A DNA stretch of 64,000 nt from Macrostomum lignano. Lineage: Eukaryota. Within the stretch, counting starts at the first letter, position 1, and each line of letters begins with the position of its first letter. Under the pieces are notes generated by a model. The model saw only the letters and a list, made by a program, of their open reading frames with translations, did not search any database and was not told the DNA's origin. The DNA is taken from assembly GCA_002269645.1 (NCBI GenBank), contig NIVC01001372.1, forward strand, positions 124,001-188,000. Direction: 5' to 3'. Below are positions 1 through 12,200 of the stretch, in pieces. The translations under genes were made by a program, and so were the position numbers.

Positions 1-210
1 GGAGACATGGGAGACAGTAGAGTGGGAGAGGGAGACATGGGAGATAGTAGAGTGGGAGAGGGAGACATGGGAGACAGAAGAGTGGGAGAGGGAGACAGGG
101 GAGACAGTAGAGTGGGAGAGGGAGACAGGGAAGACAGTAGAGTGGGAGAGGGAGACAGGGGAGACAGTAGAGTGGGAGAGGGAGACATGGGAGATAGTAG
201 AGTGGGAGAG
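1..210. repeat. 30-bp purine-rich tandem repeat (GGAGACATGGGAGACAGTAGAGTGGGAGAG), ~7 copies, truncated by window start
   Basis: Unit directly visible every 30 nt; explains ORF 7..243. Confidence 0.95.
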
Positions 211-268
211 GAATACACCAGACAACTATTAATAAATAACTGAGAACTTGGCACCTTGTCTGATTAAA

Positions 269-274
269 TTTATT
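269..274 (-). terminator. Putative AATAAA polyadenylation signal of the ATG4 gene
   Basis: TTTATT on + strand, ~90 nt downstream of the ATG4 stop codon at 363-365. Confidence 0.45.
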
Positions 275-362
275 ACATTGTACTAAAAATAGTTTTACAA
301 ACAAAACGTTTTTGCTGAATTATTAAAACAAATTCAGTAGTGTCTCCTACTCTAAATCAGTT

Positions 363-2873
363 TTAAATCATAACGAAATCAAATTCTTCAGACAGCTCAG
401 AATCCGCGCAATCGCTTTCCAGCTGGCAATCAGCATCAGGCTCCACTTCATCGTCAATAGGCAGCACCTGCCTCGGCCGTCTGGAGCTGTTGATGCCGCG
501 CCTGCCCGACAGGTGAAAGAACTCGCTAGCCGATGCGCCAACCACAATGCCGCCTTCCGCGTCCTCCGCTCCGTCGCAGTCGTACCCTGGCTGACCTCTG
601 TTGTTATCATTTCCAGCTAGACTGGCTCGGCCAACATCCGCGTAGCAACTGCCCTGGTCTGACATGGCCAGGGAGGTGATGGTGACGCCGGATGGCGGCC
701 AGAGGTCGCGCGAGGTCTGCACCACACAGGCCAGACCGCGGCATTCCGCGTCCAGGCAAGTCAGCAGTCTGGAGTGGGATTTACGATGCACTGTGATAGG
801 GAGAATGAGGATCTAAGAGGGAAAATGAGGACCTAAAGAGGGATAATGAGGATGTAAGAGGGAAAATAAGGATTTGAGAGGGATAATGAGGATGTAAGAG
901 GGAAAATGAGGATGTAAGAGGGAAAATGAGGATGTAAGAGAGATAAGGAGGATGTAAGAGAGATAATGAGGATGTAAGAGGGAAAATGAGGATCTAAGAG
1001 CAATAGCTAACACACTGATCTGATAGAGTGGCTGGTCCAGCAACTGAGGATCTGGGAGGCTGGCCCAGCAACTGGTGATCTGGGAGGCTGGCAAAGCAAC
1101 TGGGGATCTGGGAGGCTGGCCCAGCAACTGGGGATCTGGGAGGCTGGCAAAGCAACTGAGGATCTGGGAGGCTGGCCCAGCAACTGAGGATCTGGGAGGC
1201 TGGCCCAGCAACTGAGGATCTGGGAGGCTGGCCCAGCAACTGAGGATCTGGGAGGCTGGCCCAGCATCAGAGAAGCAACATCTACCTATCCAGCTCAGTC
1301 CTGCTGTCCAGCAGGAAGCCGACAGCGCAGCTGGGGTCCAGGCGGCGATAAGACACGAACCGAGGCCGGCTGTTCCGCAGCTGGGCTCGCCAGTCCCGAA
1401 CGCATCTGTCGTGCGGATCCAAGCCGAGCAGTCGGTCGCCTTGGTAACCACAAAAGTACACGGAGCGTCGAGGCCGGCCGCCGAGTACACCAAGGCAGGA
1501 GGGCTGGCGGAGCAGCGACTGCAGAGCTGCCAGATGGTCAGGGTGGGCGAGCGAGGCGCCGCCCAGACGGAGAGGCAGCAGCAGCAGCAGCAGCGGTGGC
1601 AGCGGCTGGAACAGACGGGGATGCAGAGAAATCCAAACAAACTTCGAGAACTTTAAGTCGACTGCTAAAATATTTATAGGAAATGGTAAAGAAATCAATG
1701 GTAATAGCTCAGATGGAGAAATACTCGTGCGGATGTGGCTCAGGTGGATAAAGACTACATGGGGGAATCACTCCAGGATGAATAAAGACTACATGGGGTA
1801 ATCACTCCAAGATGGACAAAGACTCCATGGGGTAATCACTCAAGATGGATAAAGACTCATGGGGTAATCACTCCAAGATGGACAAAGACTCCATGGGGTA
1901 ATCACTCCAAGATGGACAAAGACTCCATGGAAGAATCGCTCCAAGATAGATCAAGATTTGTATAGGAATCACCTCTCATTCCTGGATACAGACAATACCC
2001 TTTAGATAGGATTCGCTCGACAAAGACCCGACAGACATTAGAAACAGGAGTTATCTTTCATTAAAATAATCTCAATACCATTAATAAACCTACCTGATCT
2101 TGTTGAATTTTAATTCCCGAATCTTCCCTAACCGCAGACTTTTCAGTAGAATCGTCGTGGCAAGCATCATCCTCCGGCATCCAAGCCGACATCAATCGGT
2201 CCCTACAAACGCAGGAATCGTTAGCCACATGGACACGCAGCCTACCCTGGCTAATGATATCATTGGTCAGCCTAACAACACTGGACAGGGCCCTGCAAGC
2301 GGTGGCCGGGCCAGACCAGTCGCCTGGTTGAAGTCCGCAGCCAGTGAGCAGAGCGGCAATGGACAATGGACCATCGTCCGCAAACAGTTCAACATCCAAT
2401 GGCAAGTCGGTCAGGCAAGAGATTCTGCACAGAGCGGTGGCCAGAAGCATCTGGGCGCATCTCAGCATGCAGCCCCAGCCGGCGTCTGTGCGATAGACCC
2501 GGCCAGTGGCGCTGGAGACCAGACCTGGCTGTATGCCGCGCCGGTAAGTTAAATGAATAAATTGTGACGCCAAGTCTTGTTGTAGGCGTTCAGAGTCTGA
2601 CAGATTGACAACGTTATACTCTGTGCCTAGCAACCAAACTGGAAGAGATTTACGCAGGCGAAGAATATAACGTCGATCTGTATTGCTGTTGCTATTGCTA
2701 CTAGAAGTAGTAGCAGAACTGCTGCCTGCTACATAGCTGGCATTGCTGCTTCCAGAGTGCGAACTGCGAAATGACAGTCGATAGCGCAGACTGTTCCAGC
2801 CATCTTTGATGGCATCAGACAGACTCTGCTGCTGCTGCTGGTCTGGCAGTGGTAGTGATGCTTTCTTAGCCAT
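363..2873 (-). CDS. ATG4: Cysteine protease ATG4 (ATG4C/D-like), 3 coding exons: complement(join(363..768,1286..1650,2094..2873)), ~516 aa
   Basis: Catalytic Cys motif TDAGWGCMLRCAQMLL, GDWSGP, LLLPLRLGG, GVLGGRPRRSVYFCGYQ, catalytic LDPH, LDPSCAVGF, and C-terminal acidic LIR-like EEFDFVMI. The N-terminal WNSLRY and C-terminal FVMI fit the C/D subgroup. GT-AG junctions phase 0 (CAG/gtaggt..ttaaag/TTC) and phase 2 (AG/gtagat..ctccag/A) give 1551 nt in frame. The exon 2 acceptor is less certain. Confidence 0.93.
795..1000. repeat. 20-bp minisatellite (GAGGATGTAAGAGGGAAAAT) in ATG4 intron
   Basis: About 10 copies, period 20, directly visible. Confidence 0.9.
1030..1265. repeat. 28-bp minisatellite (TCTGGGAGGCTGGCCCAGCAACTGAGGA) in ATG4 intron
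   Basis: About 8 copies, period 28; explains ORFs 994..1267. Confidence 0.9.
1745..1960. repeat. 34-bp minisatellite (GGACAAAGACTCCATGGGGTAATCACTCCAAGAT) in ATG4 intron
   Basis: About 6 degenerating copies; AAAGACT recurs at 1750, 1784, 1818. Confidence 0.85.
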
Positions 2874-4388
2874 GATGAGAAGATGCTTCAAAATTAATCA
2901 CATTACCTTAGTGAATACAACCAATAGTTCAATGGCTACTTGAGTTCAATTGCATAGAATTTGATAAAAACTGTCATGAAATTGAAAGATTTTTATTAGT
3001 ATATTTATTATCTAAACCAAAAAGCCAATAGTATAAAAATTACTAGATAATAATTTTAATATAAATCAATTATATGCTTTGTTCTCTCACAAGCCACTAA
3101 GTATAATATAAATATATTAGGACTATACACAATATTAGCATGACTTGAGAATAAACATAGTATATAGATGGCTTTTATATTATAAGTAATATAAAGAAAC
3201 TTTGAAATCTTAAAAGATTGCTAATAAAATACAATAATAAAAACACTGAGAAAATTAGATTTATCAATTATAAAACAAATATTTTGTACAAATTTAAATC
3301 TTATACATTTGATAAAAATAATTTAACAAAAAAAGTTATTTAACTTTTAATAAATGAGCTGAATATATGCACAAATATGCATGTATTTTGTTAAAATTAA
3401 ATTTGTATGAAATCTATATTAAATATATTTTTTAATATATATGACTTACAAAAAATATTCACAATAGTTTTAGCAACTTGGCGAGTGACCAATTTGGTAA
3501 TTCAAAAGAGATAGTCTAGGCTAGTATTTATAATAAATGTTAAGAATTGTATTTAAGACTAAAGCTAACTTTTTTCAAGAGTGAAGTATAAAGAAACATA
3601 CTATAAATACAACTTATAAGTAGAATATTAAGGAGATTTAAGTAAAACAAAGTAGATCTTAGAGAATATATTTATAGTATGAAGATATATAGTATGAAGA
3701 AGGCAATGATCTTCTAATCTTAGTAACTCTTGAAGAATAGATAGTTGAATATCTAGATAACTACTGAAGCTAGGTCTATTGTTTTGTGTAATAGAGATGC
3801 CATAGCATCAAACTTTAAAATTGTAACCTATAATTAATTATACCTTAGATATGATCTTGTATCCCAATGGAAAAAAACAAGCTATGTTTTAATGTTTTTT
3901 ACAATAGGGATGCTATTATACAACATTTAGACTTTCTGAAGTGTATATTGCTATTGGACCTTAGATGTAATATAGAGCTAGCAAAAAACCTAGACTAAAA
4001 AATCTAATATTAAAAAGATTTATCCCAAGAAATACCTGTTACATATAATAAACTTAAGGTTAGTATAATAAATCACTCAATACTAGTTAAGAATGCTATT
4101 AATAGACAATAAAAATGCTACTAATAAAAATAGGATATTCCTTCTTAGATATATATTAATTATTTATTGATTTAAACTTAGATCTATATTTATTAGTAAA
4201 AATATTAGACTAATACTTGGACTTATGGCTTATGCTCAAAAGTTAATCCAAAGAATTCAGTTTTTAAAACAAGTAAATACATTATAAACTAATATAACTT
4301 TGCTAGCAATTGAATATTTTAAGACAGAGCAATGACTCTTGAGACAATTATAATAAAATTGAATTAGAAACTTTTATTATTTTATTAT

Positions 4389-4993
4389 CGAGGCCAGTCC
4401 TCGACGACCTGAAGAGACGACGAGGACTGGCCTGGGCTGCATTTTGATCTGTGCACTCCGTGCTCCAATCTGAGGCCCTGGATGACGGGCTCAAGGCTTG
4501 GCTGTTTCAGGCAGTCGTCAAGACTGTCCTGTTGTATAACGCCAAGACTTGGACCCTGACGGATGCCTTGGAGAGGCAGCTGGACGCTACGCATGCGGCA
4601 ATGCTGCGTGCGGCTTTCGGAGTGCGCAGCGGCCCAGGCAGCGAGACCAATGCCGCACTCTATACTAGGGCGCGCCTGACGCGGCCTTCTGACCTGCTGC
4701 ATGGGCGGCGACTTCGACTGGCTGGCCACATCATCCAGTCGGAGGCCCACTGTCCTGAGCCGCTACACGACGTGCTGCTGCTCAAGCTACAGGGACCGCG
4801 GAGGCGAGGCCAAGGGCGAATGGTGCGATACCCTGACTGACTTCTGAGTGACGCTGGCACCCCAGACCAAGCAGGGGGATGCGACTTCCTGAGGGCAATG
4901 GCCCAGAGACGCGCTTTCTGACTGCTCCCCCCTTTCTGGCTACTGCGTGACTGGCGAGAGCAGTACCTTATTGTTGTTATTGTTGTTATTATT
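4389..4993 (+). mobile_element. 5'-truncated RTE-clade non-LTR retrotransposon (3' end of ORF plus microsatellite tail), degenerate
   Basis: Frame from 4391 reads RRGLAWAAF*..LFQAVVKTVLLYNAKTWTL..LDATHAAMLRAAFG..NAALYTR..RRLRLAGHII..RRRGQGRMVRYPD*LLSD, the post-RT region typical of RTE elements. It ends in a (TTA/TTG)n tail at 4968-4993 and is a GC-rich island in AT-rich DNA. In-frame TGA at 4445 and 4838. Confidence 0.85.
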
Positions 4994-6193
4994 GACAATA
5001 ATTCACAAAAAATGTCATTAATTTACAAAATTAGGCCATCTTCCTGACTAAAGCCTGATCTTTCATAAATGTCTATTACAGGGATAGATCTAAGGCAATG
5101 GCCACCTCAAGTATTACCAAAAAAATGGGCCATACTTTTTTATAATAATACAAGTTCTATTTTCCTATATTAGTATACTGTATAGCTTGCCCTATTCTCT
5201 CAAAAAATTTAAAGATTTGCCCTTAACATAATAATAGTATTAATATTTATGAAAATGAAAAACATTAATGCTTATTAATAAATTATTGTTTATTAATAAA
5301 CTTGTGCCCAACAATAGACAATATATAAGCCAAAGTATTACAGAATTCATTTCTTTTAATTATCATATACATTTATTTATTGGTTTGAATACTTTGGAGA
5401 CTTTATTCTTAACTACTGTCTCTATACTGTTTAGTGTTGCTTAATAAATAAGTCTGGATTGTATGTGATTTCATTTTCACATATTCTAATATAATATAGT
5501 ATAAACTTTATAAACTATACAAAAATTTCTTAGCTAATAAATGAAAAGAATTTCGTTTAATTTCAAAAGGTGCATACTTCTCTATCATACTCATACTTCA
5601 TAGTGCAAGCACAAAAAATAATTGATAATGGTTAGCTTTTGTTGCACACAAATTTAAAAGTGTTCCATAAAAGTAAAACACATAAAAGTGTTTCAACTTA
5701 AAAGTATTCCACCATCAAATTTAAAATGTATCTATGTTTTTCGAAAAAGTATCTCTAATAAACCTTCCGTCATAGTCATAGCTCATCACAAATATCAATG
5801 GCCGCATGGCGCAGATGCAGACACTAGTATAGTATGCTGTATAGTACAGTTTGATTTCCACGAAAATTTTATAAATTGAACTTTCGTTGTTTTCATTCAC
5901 GTAAAAGTCATTTGATAAAACAAATGGGACGAAAAACTTTTGTTTCAATAGACAAACTAAAATTACATAAATGTTATTTCGACAATTTTTTCAAAAAAAT
6001 AAAACTTTATGTGAGTAAAGAATCCAGCAAGTTTAGTTTTTTATAATACCAATTTGGACTGTAGGATTCACAGAGCTATTAATACAAAAAATATAAACCT
6101 CTAATATCTTCTCTTAGTAAAACTGCACAGCTCTTCAGTAACAAATTTTCGATTAATAAAGAATATTGACTTTTTTGTATTTACAGCGTTAAC

Positions 6194-6214
6194 ATGCAAC
6201 AAATGGTATTATAA
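6194..6214 (+). promoter_or_regulatory. Short upstream ORF (MQQMVL*) ending 5 nt before the giant gene's start codon
   Basis: ATG CAA CAA ATG GTA TTA TAA lies between the acceptor ttttttgtatttacag (6186) and the ATG at 6220, in a different frame. Confidence 0.5.
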
Positions 6215-6219
6215 AACCA

Positions 6220-9200
6220 ATGCTACATTCGGCTGAAAGCTACAGTGGAACGCCTCAGCGCGGGCGTCCATTGTGGCACAGCGGATCAGCACGAGTTGGA
6301 GCTGCAAGGCATTCTTCTGCGTCTAGCCGGCTGCAATTCCAACAGCTTGACAATCGAAATGATCCAGGCGTGAGGTACGAATTACTAGAATAATATAAAT
6401 AAATGAAGAATGTATATAGCGTACGTCAATATTTGATGCATATTTGTACTTGGTGCTCACTTTTAATTAGCCATGTACATTTCTGACGTGAGGGTGCCTG
6501 GTAGTACAGCACAGCACATGCCATCAAACGGCTTTCTTTCCCAGAAGTTGTCGTTCCGTGACATTTATTCTAATGGTCTTGTCATTATTTTAAACGTTTT
6601 TTTCAATTGTGACAGACCAATTTAACATAAAAAATCGATTAATGCGCCGTTAGAGCAGCATGTGAGGCACAAAATAGTGTGATTAGAACTTTCTCTGACA
6701 CTGTTAAGAGACCCAATCACTGTTTTAGTGTTGAAAATCGTGAAATTTCCTATCTCCGTAGTGTGTATTTTTCCGGTGAAACCTGCTTTTAAAACTATTT
6801 CTGAACGAAAAGCTTTATGAATATCGATAGAGCAATAAGAAAGGCACAACATATGAAAAGATGAACTGGATCTGCCTCCTATCAAAAGCAATAACAATTT
6901 TTGTGCTGAAAAAATTAAAACCTCCTATCTCTGTAGAGTATTTTTCGGCGAAAAGTTGCCTTCAAAACATTTACCATAGATTCGAGTGTTGCGTCCTATC
7001 ATGTTACTTGAGTAGTCCTGGTACCCTGTCAGCTTTCTGTTTTCCATCCTGCATTTTAACAAAATCTGAACCTAAACTCTGAAGCAAGTTGTCAAATTTT
7101 CTGCCAGTTTTTTCCTTAGAATCATTCTGCACTTTAGAAGATCTTGCAGATGCATCAGATGAGCTATATGTCGCTCATGTAGATTGTTTGCTTATAGATG
7201 TATGTATTTCGGGGTAAATTTACTTTTCAGATTTCAATGACTTTTATGAATAACAGAAGTACATGAAGGTAATTACAATTGATTCAGGACAAATGAAAGC
7301 CTCGACCAAATGCAGCATCTTGATCGAGCACAATATAGCGCGATATTCACACTTGATCATGCAAGTTTCTATGGAATTATGTACGGCTTTTCACAATGAT
7401 CTTATTTCATTGCCCCTAATCTAAGTGGAATTAATTCTCCTACGGGAGACAGCCCGGGACTGAGTCATAAAATTTCATATTTTTCGAAACGATGCGTCAA
7501 CCTAAAAACCTTTTTTTAGTTACATGTAGCAACAGAATGTTTGTGCGTCTTCATAAGGCGAAAACTTTGGCAACGCAATATGCCAGTGGTATCTCATATG
7601 AGATTCACGGGCTTGGCTTCACTGTAATCTTTATGACTGCATTGTTTTTGAAAAAGTCAGCACTCAGAAAATATGCGTCCATAGCACCTTATCACTTTTA
7701 GGGCAGAAAGTTATAACCGACCAATTTTGAGCAAGAAAGTCTAAGAAACTCGCAAATTGCGAAGATTTCAGCAACGACACCCATTTTTACCTTGTTGCCT
7801 ACAGACTGATAAGAAGAAAGTCAAAGACAGCTCAAGTATGTTGCTGTTTCTCTTTGAGCTTGACTTTAGCGTGGGCTAGAAAGGCTAAAAGCTACATGTA
7901 AGCTCGTATACCAGCGTAAGGCTCATGCAAGAGCGTGTTTGCTTTAGGAATGTATACGAGTGTTTGGACTAAATCATATACGAGGTATGAGCATTATAGT
8001 TGCTCTGTGCTCTGTGCTTCTCTGGCTGGCATTAAAGAAACAAATGACCGGGTTTGTTATTCGAGCGAAAATTATCCTGAGAATATACTCATTTCTGGAC
8101 ACATCGAAACATATTATAGAGATGTTCGTGGTTAAAGACAATAGACAGGACGGAGGGTTGTATCGAGAAATTGAACGCAAGAAGAAAATAACATCCACAA
8201 TATACTTATTCATATGGTTAACCAAAAGAAAATTCACCTTATAAATAATCGTAAGACGTCCTGTTTAAGACCGAACATGCATGCATTACTTTCTACAACC
8301 GTAAATTACTTCATCCGTTATATAAAAACCTGGATGCTATATGAAATTGTCTTTGGTGTTACACTGCTGCATCGATCATAACACCCCGACCGAAATTTAA
8401 CCGCAAATTTCGCTCATTGATATATTTGTCACTCTCAGCTCGGCTCTAAACTCGGTGCGTCAGACACGCAGTCACCTGGACTCGATGTCTAACGATATCA
8501 ACCGATTCCTAACGGAGCAGCGATTATCGTCGGTAAGCTATTCGCCAGATAGCCTTGCCGATCAGCAACGCTCAGCCTACGCAGCCAGGTCGAGATCAAT
8601 TTCGCCGTCGTACTATGGCGGTGATCATCAGAGCGCTACAAGGCATCGGCTTGGTGCACCTTTGTCAAGCGGTTATGACAATTCTGCTTCAAATGGAGGT
8701 AGAACTCCAACAAGAGTTTATCGATATCCGACTGATGTGAGTTGTTAAACCGTGCTGGAACTGAGTATTGTGGACTAGAATTTGTTTAAATATCCATTTA
8801 AAAGGACTTGGTTGTTAACGATGTCCCATCAAAAGTCTGGATGTGGTAACTATGTCCCTAAAGTACTATAGGTAAGCAGCGGATGTCCCATCGAAGGACT
8901 TGGGTTAATGAAGATGTCCCCCATCAAATAACTGGGGATGGATGTGTCATTAAAGAACTGCTCACAAAACTATAATAGCACGAACGCCGTTGTCAGACAG
9001 ACTTTTTATAACTCACTTATCATTTCTATTGATTCATTTCAAGCCCAACCTTGCCATGTCGAAGCCTCAAAACGACGCGCCTCCGACGCCGCCACCGGCA
9101 GCAACTTTCCAAGAAATCGAATTGATTCAACTAAAACGCGAGAATGCCGAATTGAACAATAAGTAAGCCGTTGATGAAATCAAATGAGTATCTTTTCGAG

Positions 9201-12200
9201 TAAATCTGTTACATTTAAGGCTCTTCCTCGTAGAATATGATTGGCTCTTGCACCTCTTGCATGACCAGGGTACAGTGTTGGCAATTGTGACTCCTACCCC
9301 GTTGTTGTACTTTCTGCACCGTTTTTTGTCTACCCCTTTAGCCAATGAAAAGGCAGTTAAATTAAAATCATGCCCGTACAACACAAGTTAGGTGAGTATC
9401 ACAAAGAAATCGCATGTCTATTTCTTCCGAACCAAACAGAGTGAAATCCCAGGTAGCTCGCCTATCGAGCCTAATGCCTGTTGCTAGGCAGCTGGAAACT
9501 CAATTGGCGCTGCGCGAAGCTCAAGTAACTCAACTCACTGATGCGCTCAGTCGACGGGAACACGAAAACCGGCAACTTCTCAGCGTAAGAGAGTTTTTTT
9601 CGATGCAAAACTATTCTCGCTATTTAGTTGTCTGGCCCTTTATCATAGACAATTTAGAGTGCACCATCTTTTCTATCATCATAGACACCTGAAGCATATG
9701 TGGCTCACCATCATCTTACATGTACACACTTAGGTGTCTGGTCTATTCCACCATCATAGACATTATGGGTGTTTCTCGTCTGGCCCGATCCATCATAGAC
9801 ACTTTAGATGTCCAGCATCAAAGACATTCTGGGTGTGTTTGGTCTGGTCCACCATCATCGACATTCTGAGTGCGTCTGGTCTGGTCCACCGTCATAGACA
9901 TTCTGGGTGTTTCTGGTCTGGTCCACCATCACAGACATTCTGGGTGTTTCTGGTCTGGTCCACCATCACAGACATTCTGGGTGTTTCTGGTCTGGTCCAC
10001 CATCATAGACATTCTGGGTGTGTCTGGTCTGGCCCGATCCATCATAGACACTTTAGATGTGTTTGGTCTGGTCCACCATCATAGACATTCTGGGTGTGTT
10101 TGGTCTGGTTATCACTGATTTGTATGCAAGTCATCCAAATGTACACGATAGACAGTCAGACGAATAAGTTTTTAAGTTATGTTCTGTCTCTTTTCGCTCA
10201 AAAATTAACTGTATAACATTGTATTGCAGCATCACAAATTGCTCTCGAATGCGTGACTTTGCGTCGATATTGCTAGCTCTATACCAAAACAGCGCATATT
10301 CCACACTTTTCACAATCTATTTAAGGCGAATGCTCAACTCAACAAGGCTCTGAAGTCTGTAGAGGTGAGTCAAACCTGAGTCCTGTAACTAAAGAAAGTT
10401 ACACAATTGCAACTTACTTAATGGATAAAATCAATCAGCATGACCAAATACGAGTAGAAGCAGTTTGTAATTGCTGCGGCTCTACGCTGCAATTAAGCCT
10501 CCACTTTTCTGTACTGTTTTCGTTGCAGAGGGTGCAAGATGATCATACAATAAGTTCACAAACGGAGCAAACCGCATCTCCAAGCGATGAGTAAGTCAAC
10601 TGCTTTAAATGAAATATTCTGTTCAAACAAACTTTTGTTGTCGACTCAATATCGGCATTACATGGCTCGTATTTGGTTGCTAAAAAGACTTTTTACTTTT
10701 AGGAAATAACTTTCCACAAAAACTTTCCGAAAAACTGAACTCATCTTTGATTTCTTAAAAAATAAATATTCTACCTTTCCTAAATCCATTTCAGACATAG
10801 AGTCGAGAAAGATCAAAAAGCGATGACAGACAACGAGAATCAACTGGAGCATAACGAAACAACTCACTCATCAAATACAGATTTAGGTTTGTTTGTTGCC
10901 TCATATAATTTTGCCCGACCAAAACCGAAATCCTTAAACCTTGACGAAATTTACCAAGGACTGCTACAATCTCTTTTTCAGTGAAACGCCTGATCCCGAT
11001 GGCGCCCTCAACAGTTCGCAGTTTTGACTACGTTAAACAGCAACTGGACGAGTCGCAAGCGATTCTTAAACGTCAACAGGAGCTTCTGGACGAGATGGAC
11101 GAGGACCGAAAAGCGTCTGCCCCGGGAGCCAGACAGCGTCATTTGCCAGAAAGTGCCGCACGTCGGCGAGGTGTTGCGGCTTTCCGTTCTCGGTCGTTGA
11201 CGCCCGATTCTGGCCAGCGAGGCGCCGCGCTCTCTTCAGCTGGTGGTAGCGAAATTGGAGATTCAATGCAACAGCTAATTGCTGATGGGTTAGCTCTTTT
11301 CTCCTGATTTTTTGGGCTGGAGGGAGTTTAGCGATGGGTACAGTGGGAAGTCGCTTGCATTTTTCAGCTAACCCTTAAAGCGTTAGATGCATCGTTTTGG
11401 ACTGAGAGTTAATACCGGCCAGGGAGGTCCCCCGCGGTGTCGCCAGCGGCTATGTTGCTCCCTCATCTTAGGGGGTATCCGGGAGATAGCTGATTAAAGT
11501 TTTAACATTTACAAGCTTACGTTATTGATTTTTAGTATGAATGTAGTCCCTAATATATGTGTAAGTGAGTCGTCTAGTCCGCGCCCGGTCCTGGCGAAGT
11601 GTCCTGCGGGTCAAAGTCTTGATTTACGTAAATTTTATCATTGTTGAAGGGTTTTGACGTGTTAAATAATTAGATGATTGAGTCGAGGGCTTAAGCAGAG
11701 CTGAAACTGCAGCTACTTAAAATACAGTTCTTTATCAGGGCTTTATAGTGTAGGCAGCGCAGTTTTTAGAAATTCAGTACGAAGTGCAAGTATTGCTTTA
11801 GCAATTTGGTTTTTAAGCAACGATTTCCTCTCATTTTAGTCGTCAGAAGGACGCCACGATTCGCTCGCTGAGTGGCCAGGTTGGAAGTCTTTTGGCTGAA
11901 CGCGACGAGCGCTCGGCTAATCAGGCCCACGTCCGAGATGGCCTACTCGACCTGGAGGCCGATCTGGACCGATTGGCTGACCTACCGGAGGCTGCTAATT
12001 TACAACACGAACTGCAGCCTCTGATGGAGAAGGTACGCAGACTCACTCGACGAGCAGCCATAGGTGAACGCACGGATGTACATTCTCGACAAAGGTTGGG
12101 TGACACTACAGCCAGCTTTTCAGACGATGGATTGCACGAAATCCCAATAAGAACAGCTGATCAATGGCAGCCACAGCAACAGCCGCAGGGTATGCCGATG

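Noticed and set aside
813-1640. 275-aa minus-strand ORF and ORFs 994..1267
   Set aside because: Wrong frame of ATG4 exon 2 running into intronic repeats.
2100-2560. Plus-strand ORFs antisense to ATG4 exon 1
   Set aside because: Shadow ORFs of a GC-rich exon with no motifs.
7080-8250. Short ORFs and exon-like pieces in intron 1 of the giant gene
   Set aside because: No recognisable protein motif and no phase-consistent chain; possible alternative UTR exons cannot be supported.
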